Source: Anthoceros angustus
Lineage: Eukaryota > Plantae > Anthocerotophyta
Length of the DNA: 64,000 nucleotides
Reading direction: 5' to 3'
Assembly (NCBI GenBank): GCA_010909165.1
Contig: MU008194.1
Location: 1-64,000, forward strand
In this document: positions 24,360 through 37,699 of the stretch, in pieces
Layout: the number at the start of each line of letters is the position of its first letter
How positions within the stretch are numbered: position 1 is the stretch's first letter
Notes under the pieces: generated by a model
Databases searched by the model: none
What the model was told of the DNA's origin: nothing
The model's input: the letters and a program-made list of their open reading frames with translations, nothing else
Program-made: the position numbers and the translations under genes

Positions 24360-26893
24360 TTATTAAGACTAAGAATCTTTGCATCATCAACACTACTGTG
24401 AGCCTTGTCTTATTTTTCAGTTGAGAAGAAAATACATGACAATCACGGAAGCTATGTACTTTCGGTAATAGTAGACCATCATGTCATTTTAGTAGGCAGT
24501 GGGGCTAAGTCCATGGACAAGATTGGAGACTCACTCCAAAAACAACATGGTATCAATGAGAAATCTCTATAACAAGAAGTAGAGTGATTACACTAGCCAA
24601 TGATGCGTTTGGAGCATCAATTTGTTAGATACAAGAGTGTTTTAGGGGAAACCATACGGTGGCGATCGACATAGGTCTTCTAACCTCTTAACTAACTTTT
24701 ACCAGATGGGTGTTGTGAGAATTTGTATGGAGACACCAATGCACATGGCACACAGTTCTCGATATAACTCATTCTCCACCAGCAAGTTGGTTACATATTT
24801 TACATCTAACACATTTGCTCAAGCCCAAGACACAATGCTAGCGGATCTACTAATTGGGGATTGGCGATCTAGTGGAAGTCCTGTAGAAAGTCGACATAAG
24901 TAGGTACCTACAGATGTTACATCAAACATCGAGGGTTTGGCACTTCTCTAATGGTGAAGGCGCAAGGCGAATCACCATATTACTTTGGAAGGATGCTCGG
25001 GAGGTCTTTCCTACAGTGTCAAAGCGGATTTGACACTTCTCTAATGGTGAAGCGCAGGCGAACTACCATATTACCTCTGGAAGGATGCTCTCGGGAGGTC
25101 TTTCCCTGAGGAGAAGTTTATACAACAGTATAAGCGATGAGAGAAATTTATACAACAGTATAAACATACTCCAAGTTAGGTGTTTACATTTGTGGTAAAT
25201 ACCGCACTCTTGGAACATGATTGAAGAAAGAAGCAATAATCGATTCTATGAGAGCACCTTTGTTGATCTCTCTCACGTGGTAGTCAAGAAGAGTTGGGCT
25301 AACTAACCGAGGCTCAAGCGTCTCATCTTCCTCTGCTACCATATACATCACCAAAGCATAAGTTAAACCACATGCGTGTGGTGTTTTCACTCTGACACTC
25401 TTGCTCGTATCTGTTTGGATTGGAAGACATTTCTCACATACAAGTCAATTAAGGACTTGTATTGTTATTAGGGACGCAGATCTCTTAGCTCAATTGTGAC
25501 ATCTGGTCACTTGAGAACATGTATTGACCTAAGAGGCGCAAGGTCTCTTAGCCTTTTGTGACATGTACACATGGTCAAGGGCATGAATTCACTTAGGAGA
25601 CATAAGGTCTCTTATTTTGACTAAGAATCTTTGCATCATCAACACTACAGAGCCTTGTCTTCTATTTTTCATTAAGAAAATACATAGGCATCAATCACGA
25701 AGAAGCTATGTACTTTCGGTAATAGTAGACCATCTCATGTTTTAGTACAGGTGGGGCTAAGTCCTGTGGACAAGATTGGAGACTCTGCACTCCAAAAACA
25801 ACATGGTATCAATGAGAAATCTCTATAACAAGAAGTAGAGTGATTCTGCCTAGCACAATGATAATGCGTTTGGAGCATCAGCTGTTAGATACAAGAGTGT
25901 TTTAGGGGAAACCATACAGGGTGACGATCCTGACATAGGTCTTCTAACCTCTTAACTAACTTTTACCAAGGGTGTTGTGAGAATTTGTATGGAGACACCA
26001 ATGCACATGGCCAGTGCACCTGGTTCTCAGTATAACTGTCATTCTCCACCAGCAAGTTGGTTACATATTTTACATCTAACACATTTGCTCAAGGCCAAGA
26101 CACAATGCTAGCAGATCTACTAATTCGATTGGCGATCTAGTGGAAGTCCCGCAAAGTCGACATAAGTAGGTACCTACGGATGTTCCAAACATCGTGGGTT
26201 TGGCACTTCTCTAATGGTGAAGGCGCAAGGTCGAATTACCATATTACTTTCCGGAAGGATGCTCTCGTGGAGGTCTTTCCTGTGTCAAAGATTTGACACT
26301 TCTCTAATGGTGAAGGCAGGCGAACTACCATATTACCTCCGGAAGGATGCTCTCGTGGAGGTCTTTCCCTCGGAGAAGTTTATACAAGTATAGCATAAGG
26401 AGAAATTTATACAGATAAACATACTCCGTTAGGTGTTTACATTTGTGGTAAATACCGCACTCTTGGAACGTGATTGAAGAAAGAAGCAATAATCGATTCT
26501 CGAATGAGAGCACCTTTGTTGATCTCTCTCACGTGGTAGTCAAGAAGAGTTGGGCTAACTGTACTAACCAGCTCGGTAGCGTCTCATCTTCCTCTGCTAC
26601 CTACATGTCTGTCCACCAAAGCATAAGTTAAACCACATGCAGTGTGGTGTTTTTCATACAGCAGCTACTGCTCGTATCTGTTTGGATTGGAAGACATTTC
26701 TCACATACAAGTCAATTAAGGACTTGTATTACTGCCTAGGGGACGCAAGATCTCTTAGCTCAATTGTGACATACAGGTCACTTGAGAACATGTATTACAG
26801 CCTAAGAGGCGCAAGGTCTCTTAGCCTTTTTGTGACATGTACCGCTACCAAGGGCATGAAATTCACTTAGGAGACATAAGGTCTCTTATTTTG
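24360..26893. repeat. Internal tandem duplication of about 1.26 kb within the copia element
   Basis: gactaagaatctttgcatcatcaacactac at 24369 and 25619; copies colinear with many 1-3 nt indels. Confidence 0.85.
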
Positions 26894-29800
26894 TAGGGCA
26901 TGGAGTGCAGTGGAGCTTGAATAACATGAAGTCACACACCTTCTCAAGGAATTAGGTTACATACGATATGACACTTTACCTCATTCCAGATTTTATGAGG
27001 ATTTTGTCATGGTCTCTATATAGTAACGAGTGCCCTCTGTTAGAATCTTTTGACCATAGAGGAGTCCTTGCCTGGGTCCTAACAACCTTTCCTGCAATAT
27101 TGCTCTTGGATGCTAATGATGCTTGTCATTTGTCTATCATGAGACACCAAGCCATGTTCAAGACTCAAGTCTTCACGACCGGTGGTTGAAGTACTTGAAC
27201 TGTACCCATCAATTTTGTGGAAAGCCACGAGGTGGTGGTTTATGTTCGGATATTTCCTGATGAGCACGGATGAGGTTATTTTGTCACATCTCACGCTTGA
27301 AGAACTAGAATGGAGACCTTTCTTATAATTTTAAAGCTTACGAAAGGTAGACAAGAAAATCCTTAAGAATGCTTCACTTGGCGTGGGGTCACATTCAACG
27401 ACACTTTAGACCTGTGCAAATGAAGGCATTTGGAGAGATACATAAGAACTGTCTCCACCCCACTTTTACAATGAGGATAATGAGCAAGAGATCATATCGA
27501 TGATGTCCTTGCAAGAGTTTATCTTCTTTATGTCCATAAGGCTCATTTTTGGCGCCTTATTTTGTTGGGGTGTTACTAAAAGTTTCCTGACTTCACACAT
27601 GACAGTTGCCTCACATATTAATTGTTGGACTTGTAAACACCTTATCTTTTACGGACTGCACCTTCTCTTTAAGATTTGATCGCGGTTGCAGTACATCCTT
27701 TTATTCTCAAGAACCAATAAGGATGGTCTTAGATAAGGCTACCAGTGATGATAGGATACACAGAGGATATGCTAAGTTACAGACTGTATGGCATCTTTGT
27801 GTCCAAGTTGGTGTGAGCCAAAGGTGTTACTTTTGTTGAATGGAGAACGCCTGGTGGGAGCTAAACTTGTGCTCCACATCCGCTGATGGTGGGGATAATG
27901 CCAAGGACGTGCTTCCCATATTCTTCCACAAAGATCACAGATTAAAGATCTTACTTTGCTCATGGAGCCCTATATCTCAATGCTGCAGAGGATTTTAATC
28001 CTGCAGGTGGGGAAGGAGCACATGACTGAAGTGCAGGAGCATAAACCTCTAGCAGAATTTGACTTGAAGACACCAACCTGACTTGAAGATCATTCTCATG
28101 ATGTTGATGATCATGATCCAGCTGAGAATCATGATTAAGAAATTGAACTCAGGGCAGTGCCACCCAGATCACACACGAGAGCGCCATACTCCAGATTACC
28201 TTTTATATACGCTTGGATATAATTTCTCGTAGGTGATGACCGACAACTAACCTTGATCCGACCGAGCTTCAGATTCTTGAAAAAGGTGTCAAGCAGACTT
28301 GACCCGACTGCATGGGAGCAAGCAATCAAGTCGTCTTTTGGGTGGCCTTCCTAAAGGGCAAGAACATCATGGCAAAACGATATACCTGATCGTTAGCTCA
28401 AAAATCAACGACCTAGAAAGGGTCTCTTCAAATTGTTGTCTTGGATTTTGTATCCAAGGACCGTAACTAGGAGTTCCTAACTCCACTGCAGCCAAGATAC
28501 ACTCTTGATGGTGCTAATTAGTTGTGGCTTGCCGATAAAAAACCAGCTATTACACCTTTGCCTAGTGAATCAGACTTTGCGAACATGTATTTCTCCTAGT
28601 TTGAAAGGGAGATGGAAGGATCAAAATAGCTAACATACCTCCTTGCAAGATAGGCAGCTAGAGAGCTGATTTGTGTTTTATGTATACACAACCACGTATC
28701 GCTGGCGACCTTCTTTATCATATAAGCACTTTATCAAGATTATTCTTGGACAATCCCGACCATACGGATACAAAACAAGCGTTAAGCGTGCTTGTACATC
28801 ACGCAAGAACACAACACAGAATGAAACATGGGGATAGCACTTGTTCGGAGTTTTGTAGACTCTAGATTATCATCAGGTCTGAGGATATACATCCGCTCTT
28901 GACTAGATAGTCTCAATTGTTGGTGGACCATCTTTATTGGTCAAGCAAGCAACTAATTATAGCTTTGTTACGAAGTGTTGGATACTCATAGCCATTGCGG
29001 AACAGTGCAAATTGCAATAAGGGATTCGATCTTGCCCGCACCACAAGTCACATTGATAAACAAGTGTTAGACTTATTTGCTTTCAACAAACAAGGTTCTA
29101 CTCTCACATGAAGAATATGGAACTCGGAATACTAGCTAACAAGGCTCTTTTGGTAAGAGCTGCAAGGGACATACAAGCAAGTGCAGTTTTTGGTAGACCT
29201 TCAAGTCTTTTCTGTTGGCTAATCATCCCAGAAATTGTTAGACTCCATAGAATCTTCTTGATGGACATAGGAGTCATGATCAGGTGGAGACCCACTAGAT
29301 GTCCTCTTCTTCAGCCTCTTCAGAATCCTCGGACCACGATATTAGGCGGTGGAGCTAGTATTAGCACGTGGCATAAGCAGAGCGAGCGAGTAAAGACTTC
29401 AAGAAAATCAAAGGAGGGGCGACTGCATGGCGTTGTCAACATGACCAAGGAAGGCTTGACAAATTTGCACCTGACATATGACTATCTTGGTCTCCTGTAG
29501 TATTTTCCCATTTGAAACCATAAGGATCTGACGGTGTGCCTCTCAAAGTTGACGTACTCAAACTTTGGCACCTCAGTCCTCCTTACATAATCGAGGGCTT
29601 AGGGCAGCTCTACTTCACATACGTCCATTTGGAAGCGCTCATCTCGGCCTCTTTAGCGGCACGCTTCTCCAACCGACAATTAGTGGTGCCATATGGATGA
29701 CGTGAGGCGTTTTCCTTTACTCGGTGCGGATCTTTGCGGAGTAACAAGGTAGTTGTCCTAGGAACACAGTGAACCAACCTAGTGGGCTATAATCGCGACC

Positions 29801-30129
29801 ACGACACTCCCTTTTGGTCACACCTCCTCATCAAAGAGGATATTATTAGGTTGCTTCAAAGTAGAATCTGAAGGAATTAAGCTTTCACACAAGGCGCACT
29901 CAAGAAGTACAACAAGAAGTGAGGCTAACCTCTCCTCCACGGTTCTTATATTGCCTTTTATCTTGGGGAACATGACACGAGTTTCCATGGAGGTAAATCA
30001 GGGCTATGGGGCTCGGGCTTGCTAATTAGATTCTAGGGAGCGTACTCATGGGCCTTGAGCTCTACCTCTGCGACATCAAGGTGGAGATGCGAACGTCAAC
30101 AGAGACCTGAATATGGCAACAAGTGGGAG

Positions 30130-30398
30130 TGATGAAATAGAGTGTTGACCATATACACACACAGAGTAAAGGGTTTAGGGTTTAGCCTTATCCATGATTA
30201 AATGAAATGTATACATATATACATCTAGCGAATAGACATAATGTTTAAATGAGGTTAGGACTTAATAGTGAATATACCGTTAGTAAAAGTTAGTTTAAGT
30301 TGTCTTTTCATAAGCCAAAGTTACTCTCTTTTCTTGATTATCTAAGATGTAATCTATACAAATGGTATAATTGATTTACATTAGCCTCTATTTTGTTA
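30130..30398 (+). repeat. 3' LTR
   Basis: Starts TGATGAAATAG after PPT, ends TTGTTA before TSD. Confidence 0.9.
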
Positions 30399-32301
30399 GG
30401 ATCTCGATATTAGAGTGCGTTTTCTAGTAGAGCAGCTTGGTGGAATCCTCATCCTGACCAAGGCGAGTGGGTGAGGTGCCCGGTGGTGAGATGAGAAATC
30501 TCAACCTAGCAAGGCCACATGGGAGGTCTAATAGTCGCAAAGAAGCAAGAGGGAGGGGCGGCGCTAGCGAGGAGGAATGGCATCTCCCAGGCCCTAACTA
30601 CAGTGGTGGCGGGGTGGAGTGGGCTTCGATGCGAAGGGTGCAATGTTCGAGACACATGCATCGTAGGGGCCTTGCGAGATCGAGTTGGAGGGGCGATGCA
30701 ATCCGGTCTTGGTTTGGAGCTCCATGTGCGAGCAGGGCTACAAGTGGAAGCAAGCAGACGGGTTGACCAATGAAGAGTGGAGGAAGGTGGGCGACCTGCG
30801 TCTACCATATATATGGGGTGAGGCCCTCCATAGATGGCAAAAGGATCCCTCGCCTTATGTGCCTTGGTATTGTAATGGAAGGTGGAGGGTGTCATGGTGA
30901 GCTGGAACAAGTACAAGATGGCGGTATGAAGGCATTGAAGCACGCGAGACAGGAGGAGAAGGTGGAGAAGGTGAAGGCGGTGGATTGCTTGGAGATGGAG
31001 TGTCACGACAAAACGATCTAAGTGGTACATGAGGCCTGACCCCAAAAGGAGCAGTGGGCATGGTGGTAGTACTTGACTCATTTTTGTTGTGGTGGACAAG
31101 AGTGGTGCGCAGCGGATGTTGCCTTTATGCTTGTGATATTTGATTTCTAGAGTGCGACTTTGGATGCAATCGATCGATCCGCTCCTTGAACAAGTTACAT
31201 GGTCCGTTTTCGTGTCACTCGGTCATGCGGGTAACACGGTGTCACTTGGCATGCCTTTATAACAGTGTGCACGATCGAGTTCGGAGCGCTAGAGCATGCT
31301 AGGGTATTACATGGCACATGGCATCCATGCATGGCACATGGCACGATAGTGTGGTGTCCTCTGACTATGCTATGATGGTGTGAGCATTGTGTCACCCTAA
31401 TGACCCGTGTTACGTGTGCAGTGCGGGAACCTCAACTCTCGGTGCCAGAGCTCTGAGCCCAGGCTCGCCCGTGGGCGGAGGGCCTTAATAAGCACAATTG
31501 CTTTGGGTGGGACCTTTGTCGCCAATGCCAAAGCGGCAAAAGCCACTGCTAATTGAGGAGAAAGCAGCGGCTTGGGAAGTGGCGTTCGATATTGAAAAAA
31601 GTTTCTGAGGAGATGGAAGAGCGCATCAAGTTATACAAGGCTGCATGGAGGATACACGATCTTCGGCGTGCGTTGGTGAATCACCTAAGGGCAACAACTT
31701 CAAGGCTATGGTCTAGAGAAGGAGCATTGGAAGGTGGAGCTAGCGGATCAAGACATCTGAGCAAGATAGGCGAACAGCATGGTTGGTTGCCAGCTTGTTG
31801 AGTGCCTAAAGGCATGGTGGACGGGGCCGGAGGTCGAGGGGCAAAAGGTGCGGATGGGCTCCGGCACCCTTGGAGGCGGAGTGCCTAACCATTAATGCTG
31901 TCCAATTTGCTCAAGGTAGTCTACAATCATTTTCTTTAAAGATGCCTATCACTTTCTTTGAGAACAAGGCTACTTGTCCCTATATGACTTTAACCACATG
32001 AACAAGTGTTGTTGTCTTGTGGGCACATGTACACGCAGTGCTTGTGGCGACATTTGCAGACAAACACTTGTGCCCTCAAGCTGTGTGCTCGAAGTTGACC
32101 CCCGATGGTTTGAAAGCCAGGTTGGACAATGCCAAACTCAAGCTGAAAATGAAGGGTGTGGGCTGGTTAAGGAATGGGAGTCGATTTCTTCAATCTAGTG
32201 AAAGATCGACCGGTTCCTCACAATGACCTTGGATAAAGTTCAGCGTCGTGCCATGAGACATCACGCAATGCATCTCGTACCTATGTTACTCTGGATTTAG
32301 G

Positions 32302-33262
32302 TCATTCTTGAGGTGTGATGTCAACGAGAGCACTTAAGTAAGGCACCTTGGCCATGTCCTCCTTGCTCATCGCGGTCGAGGATAGTCGGCCAGAGAGGTG
32401 AGCTTGACTCCGCTTGGGGCGAGGTCGGGCGAGGCGTGCATCTGAAAGTTGGAACTTGTCCAGAATCTCGAGGACGTATATGAATTGCAGGAGGATCAGT
32501 GTACCTGCTTTTCTGTCCCGTCGGATTTGCACTCCGAGGCAGAATTCCGGGGTCCTAAGTCTCTCATCTTAAACTTTGCAGAGAGCATTGCCTTAACGTC
32601 CACCAGCAGTTTTGTTGGATCATTCGTGAACGCTGATCACATCAGCGTAAAGGCAAGCACGAGAGTGCTCTCCCTTTCGCAGGTAGTAGGTTACGGCCGC
32701 CTAAGTCTTCACGAAGCCATGTTTGAGAAGGAGATCATCCAATGGGTGGTAAAATTCGGCTGGTAATTGCTTGAGGCCGTACAGGCCCTTAAGCAACCTA
32801 CATACCTAGGAAGGTCTCTTGGCATCTTCATACAAGGATGGTTGCTCCATGAAAATCGTCTCCTTCAGTGTAGCATAGAGAAATGCCGTGGAAATGTTGA
32901 GTTGGTGCATATCAAGATCATACTCAGCTGCGAGTGCTAGGAGGAATTTGACAAATTGGGCAGCTACCACTTGGGCATAGCTATTATTGCCATAGTCAAG
33001 GCCGGGCCTTTGACTGTAGCCCTTGATAACAAGCCTTGCCTTCAATCTCTCTGTGGAGCTATCGGATTTCAACTTTACGCTTGAATGTCCACTTACACTT
33101 GATCGCCTTGCGTCCTGGTGGGAGCGGAGGCAGCACCCAAGTTTTAAGCTGGATGAGGGAATCATATTCCTCTTGGACTGCCTTCATCCATCCTTCCTTG
33201 TCAGGTGATCTGAGTGCTTCTTCTAGGCTCGCAGGCTCGAGCACATGACTTGCAGCCAACAT
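32302..33262 (-). mobile_element. Ty1/copia reverse transcriptase fragment
   Basis: EPASLEEAL, LPPGRKAIKCKWTFK, RLKARLVIKGYSQRPGLDY, MHQLNISTAFL, IFMEQP, KVPYLSAL. Confidence 0.9.
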
Positions 33263-33265
33263 CGC

Positions 33266-36200
33266 TGTGGACTACGGACTTCCCTGGGGGGTTAGAAATT
33301 AGGTAGGGTTTTGTTTTTTTGTAGGAGTAAAGGATAAAATGAGGAAAAGGGAAATAAGCAGGTTAGCACTCGGACGGCACTCGGAGTATACTCGGACTCG
33401 GAGTGAGGGGAGCATACCTAGGCCTACGATGGCGGGCGACAAGGTAGCAGGATAAGTCGGACCCACTCCGGACCCGGCGGGATAAATCGCGGTAACTTAG
33501 AAGTTGGGCGTGAGACGGACTAGCGGCGCGTGGGCGACCACAGTGGAGGGCGGGCATGCACGGGTCGGGGCCGTAACCTTGCGAGGCCGTTATAGCGGTA
33601 TTCACGCCCCGCGGCTGCTGGCGTGAGCAGTCTGCGGCGTAAGGCGAGTGCAGCGGCGGCGGGTAAGCCATGCAGACCTCGCGATTCTGGACGAAGGCGC
33701 CCTCCCGCCCGGTTACTCCGGCGTGGTCGGGAGAAGGTCATTTCTTTGACCTCGAGACAATTCTCGCGATCTCTTGCGCTCCCGATCGGCTCTCTGGCGG
33801 TATCTCGTGGGACACTCGGGGCGTCTTGGCGCGGCTCACCGTTGAGGTCGGAGGCTGAGCGGCGAGCGCAACGTGCCCGGTCTCCGACAAGCGGCTACAG
33901 CAAGGGAGGAGGCGATGGCACCCAAAAGCCAGCGGAAGTTTGGGAGCCATGGAACCTTGTGGGCGCAACATTGTGACCGCTATCCGGACTTTGGGCTCGC
34001 TCCGAGGCGGGAGGTGGTGCGGAGTGGCATTTGGATGTGTTCGGATGGTCGGACATTTGATATGTCACTCTGGTCGGGAGTTTGCGGAAGATCTTGGCGG
34101 CGGTCAATAAGGAGGTGCGGTCAAGAACCTCGGGAGGACCAAGCGATGGACCTTGGAGGTCTGAGGCGGCCTAACCGCCCAAGGAGGAAGGGGAGTGGTG
34201 CGGGCCCCTCAAGGCGAAGGGAAGATAGGGGACCACGGGCGATGCTAAGGCACAGGGCCAGCGGACCACCAGCGGTTGGGCGATATCAGGCACTGTTGGG
34301 ACGGTCGAGTCGAGGCGGTGGCGGATCATTGTCCTTTGGAACCTCACCAAGGTGGATCACCTTGGTGATAATCTAATAGTACACCTGCAGCGGAAGGCGG
34401 GAGGAAGGATTATCTTCGCCGGTTTAGCGAGGCTCAGCTCGGGGCGAAGCCTTCGCCATCTGGGCATCCCCATACGATCCATGTATGGGGCATTTGAACT
34501 CCTCGGAAGGAGAGCTTGGCGGCGCTCGGAAAGGGAGGCCCTGCCGGAAGTGGCGGGCAAGGCGCCGGAGGAGGAGGCGGTCGTCGAAAACCAAGCGGAC
34601 TCGGGAGGAGGGCGGCGGGAGGATTCGGACTCCATACGTGGAGCGGACCCCTCACCACCCAGTATGGGAAGCAATTCCGCCTCCCTCCTCAGTGCCCCAA
34701 CCCAGGCAGCCGATCCAGCGGCAGCGCCCAGCGGCCCCGCCACATCCTCGGTGAGGCCCGACGGGAGAGAAGAGCGCAAGACCCACGGCTGTGCACCCGG
34801 TCGGTGCAGTACCTCTTCCCTGCGGGTGGCAAGCGGAGGAAGCGATGGGAGGCGAAGGGCGCGCCCGGGGGCGAGAGGACCAGCGGCCGCATCGAGCAGT
34901 CTGTCGCCGGCGAGAAGGGCAAAAGGCGTGCTCCGGACTCCATCACCTCCATGAGCCCGGGAAAAAGGCGGAGAAGGAGCTCAAGGGCCAAGGAGGAAGC
35001 TCGGGGCTTCGGGACCTAAGGGTCTGATTGGGTCGGAGAACCCAGTCGGACTTACTCCGGGCTGTATGGAGGTCCTTTGACGAGATCCAGCTCCCGCGGA
35101 CTTTGTAGCCTCACGGCGGCCGTGGAAGAAACACGGCGGGTCGCTACCGTCATGGGACGGTATGCTGCAGGGTCTGTGGGATGGCCGAGACCCGGAGGTG
35201 GAAGCCACCGGGCGCATGGTACTCCTCCGGGAGGCAGTTGGAGGAGCCAGGAGGCGAGAAGGCGAAGCTCTCGGCGGATTGAGAAGAAGCGGGAGGCGGA
35301 GGAGGTCTGGTCCATCCGCAGGCCGGACCAAATTCCTTCAGGAGAGGCAGAGCGAGGCCCAGCGGGCGGAGGACCTCTGCAGGCGGGCGTGCGGCGAAGG
35401 CAGGCCGGCGCAGCAGGCGGGATCTGGCAGCCGTGGAGCCAAGGCTGGAGGCTCGGTGAAGGTGGCCAGGCGGAGGCCAGGCGAGATCGCGATCACTATC
35501 GGCGTGATCGGGCCGGTGGAGGAGGCGAGAGAGCCACGAGCCGAGCAAGTGGCGCGGGCAAGCAGTCGAGCCGTGAGGAGGCTGGAGGCCGGCACGGGAG
35601 ATTGGGGACCTCGAGTGCAGAGGTAGAAGGCGGCGGAGGCTGGAGGCACAAGGACACCTTGGGTTGCAACTCCAAGATGCATCGGGCGGGGTTCTCAGAG
35701 AGAATCCAAGACTTGAGGCGGTAGGCCTCCAGCTCCGCTTGAGGCGGAGGAGAGCGGCGGTGCAAGGAGTTCGGCGTCGCAAGGTTGCGGCGGGATGTGG
35801 AGGAAGCGAGTCGGGGGATCGGCCCTTGGAGAAGAAGTGGCGGACCTCAGGAAAGAATGAGCGGAGGAAGAAAGCCTTGGAGGAAGGCTACGATTGCTCG
35901 TCCGGTTGCGAGGCGAAGGGAGCTCGGCTCCATGGCCAATGGCGGGCTGGAACAGCAGGAGGAGGAGAGCGTCGGCGGCGAAGGTTGCAAGAGGTAGCGG
36001 AGGCGGCCTTGGCGGCCTCAAAGTCGCCCGCCTCTACATGGTAAGCTTGGCCCACGGAGGCAGGCGGCGGTGGGCGATGCTCGATTCCGAGCACCTGGAG
36101 GAGAATGCAAGGTGCTCGGGCTCATGTAGAGGCGATTGACAAGTCGATTCCGACTTCGCCTACTACCGAGCTCCTCAAGGCTCTGGAGGTCTGCGCCACC

Positions 36201-37640
36201 CTAGGCGGGAGGTGGACTTCGGAAGGATGGAAGGAGGAGGCGAGAGGGCGGACCGGGGCAGCACAGCAGGAGTCCTAGGGCCATTTGATGGCAGCAGCAG
36301 CGGCGAGGAGCGGAGGAGGCGAGGAGGAAGGGTCGCCACAGGTAAGCACTCGGCACCCTCGCATGGAAGGAAGGGGAGGATCTTGGAGAGGAAGGGAAAG
36401 GTGCAAGGCATTCGGGAACCAAGGGAGGCTCGGTGGATGAACCCGTGACCAGCCGGTGAGGAGGCATGCCGAGGGCGAGGTCGGACTTTGTCCGGACTCC
36501 GAGAAAGGCGGATCAGTCGGCCCCCAGAGAAATCTGGACTTAGGGATCCGGACTCTAGTCAGTCCGGACCACGAGGTCCGGACCCGAGGAAGGTTGGGTC
36601 AGGCCGGACCCCAGTCCGGTCCCAGGGCCGGACTCGAGGGGCCAGGCCGGACCCGGAGGAAAAGGACCTAGGTCCGGACTCGGGTCGAGGCAGTCTCGAG
36701 GTCCAAACTCGGGAGTGGGGAGAGCCACGTCCTGCCAGATCCGGCCCTTGGAGGCCCTGCTGAGGCCCGAGGAGAGAGAAGAGGGAGGACGAGGAAGACT
36801 TGGTGGTGGCCGCCGTTGTCGAGCCGCCGCGGTGGGCGACTGCAGACCCTCGGGAAGAGGAAGGGTCCGCCTCGCGGATCATCCGATTAGGTGCGCTTGT
36901 GATCGGCGAGGCTCGGCTTTGGGCGCCGGTGCCAAGAAGGAATCGGGGCCATCCAGCCCTGCCAAGCGGCGATAGGCGGAATAGGGAGGATAGTAGGCGG
37001 CGGTTAGGGCACTGAGGCGGCCCTCATTTCGAATAGAGGTGTAATAAAGCGCGACCTTGGCGTAGTATAAGAGGGCTAAGGCGCTACAGATAAATCATCT
37101 TTCTCTTGGTGTTGATGCGCGTTCTTGCAGACCTTTGTGTGTCTTCTTGCTAACGTGAGTCTGAGTCACGGCGAGCACGGCAGCTCGGGAGATTGATCGG
37201 TCACAGTGGCGGACCTAACGTGTTGTGGTGTGTGCGGGGAAGGGTGGCTGGTGACCCGTGCTCGGGGAGCAGCGACCCGGCCAGAGCAATTTGGGCATGT
37301 GGTAGGAGGAACTCGGGAGGCGTCTGAGCCGGACGGAGGCCAGCGGAGCAGCGGAGGAGGTCCATGTAACCAGCGTCTTTCTAAGGGCGTGAGTGTAGCG
37401 TGAGTGGAGAGAGAGTGGAGTGTGGTGGCGAATGTGAGCGATATGAAGACGGGTCCCTAAGCGTTTAGCCATCTGGGGCACTGACGTTGCAGTAGTTAGG
37501 CGTATGTGCGTTGAGGTGAGCAGGCTAAGTGAGTAGAATCACACGAAGCAGCGGCAAGCGGAGCCTATCATTCCCTTGGGAGCGGACTTCTTCCTACAAC
37601 GACACGGATTAGGCGCGCATTATCGCCGGAAGTCGGCATA
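33266..37640. mobile_element. Repeat family X, copy 2 (longest, about 4.3 kb; TGTGG...CTACA plus about 40 bp shared extension)
   Basis: Both ends shared with 40575-42295 in a different flanking context; internal ggtccggac repeats and a degenerate charged ORF. Confidence 0.75.
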
Positions 37641-37699
37641 CAATCGCTCTTGCCAAGAGAGTGTCACGTCTGGCCTCACTATTACTTGTCTCTTCGGGC

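Larger units (their letters stand above)
22909..30398 (+). mobile_element. Full-length but degenerate Ty1/copia LTR retrotransposon, 7.5 kb, TSD GGATC
   Basis: LTRs 22909-23178 and 30130-30398; PBS TGGTATCGAGC at 23179; PPT AAGTGGGAG before 30130; GGATC at 22904-22908 and 30399-30403; remnant motifs IGYTEDMLSYRLY (post-integrase) and GGGASISTWHKQSERV (RNase H). Confidence 0.9.
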
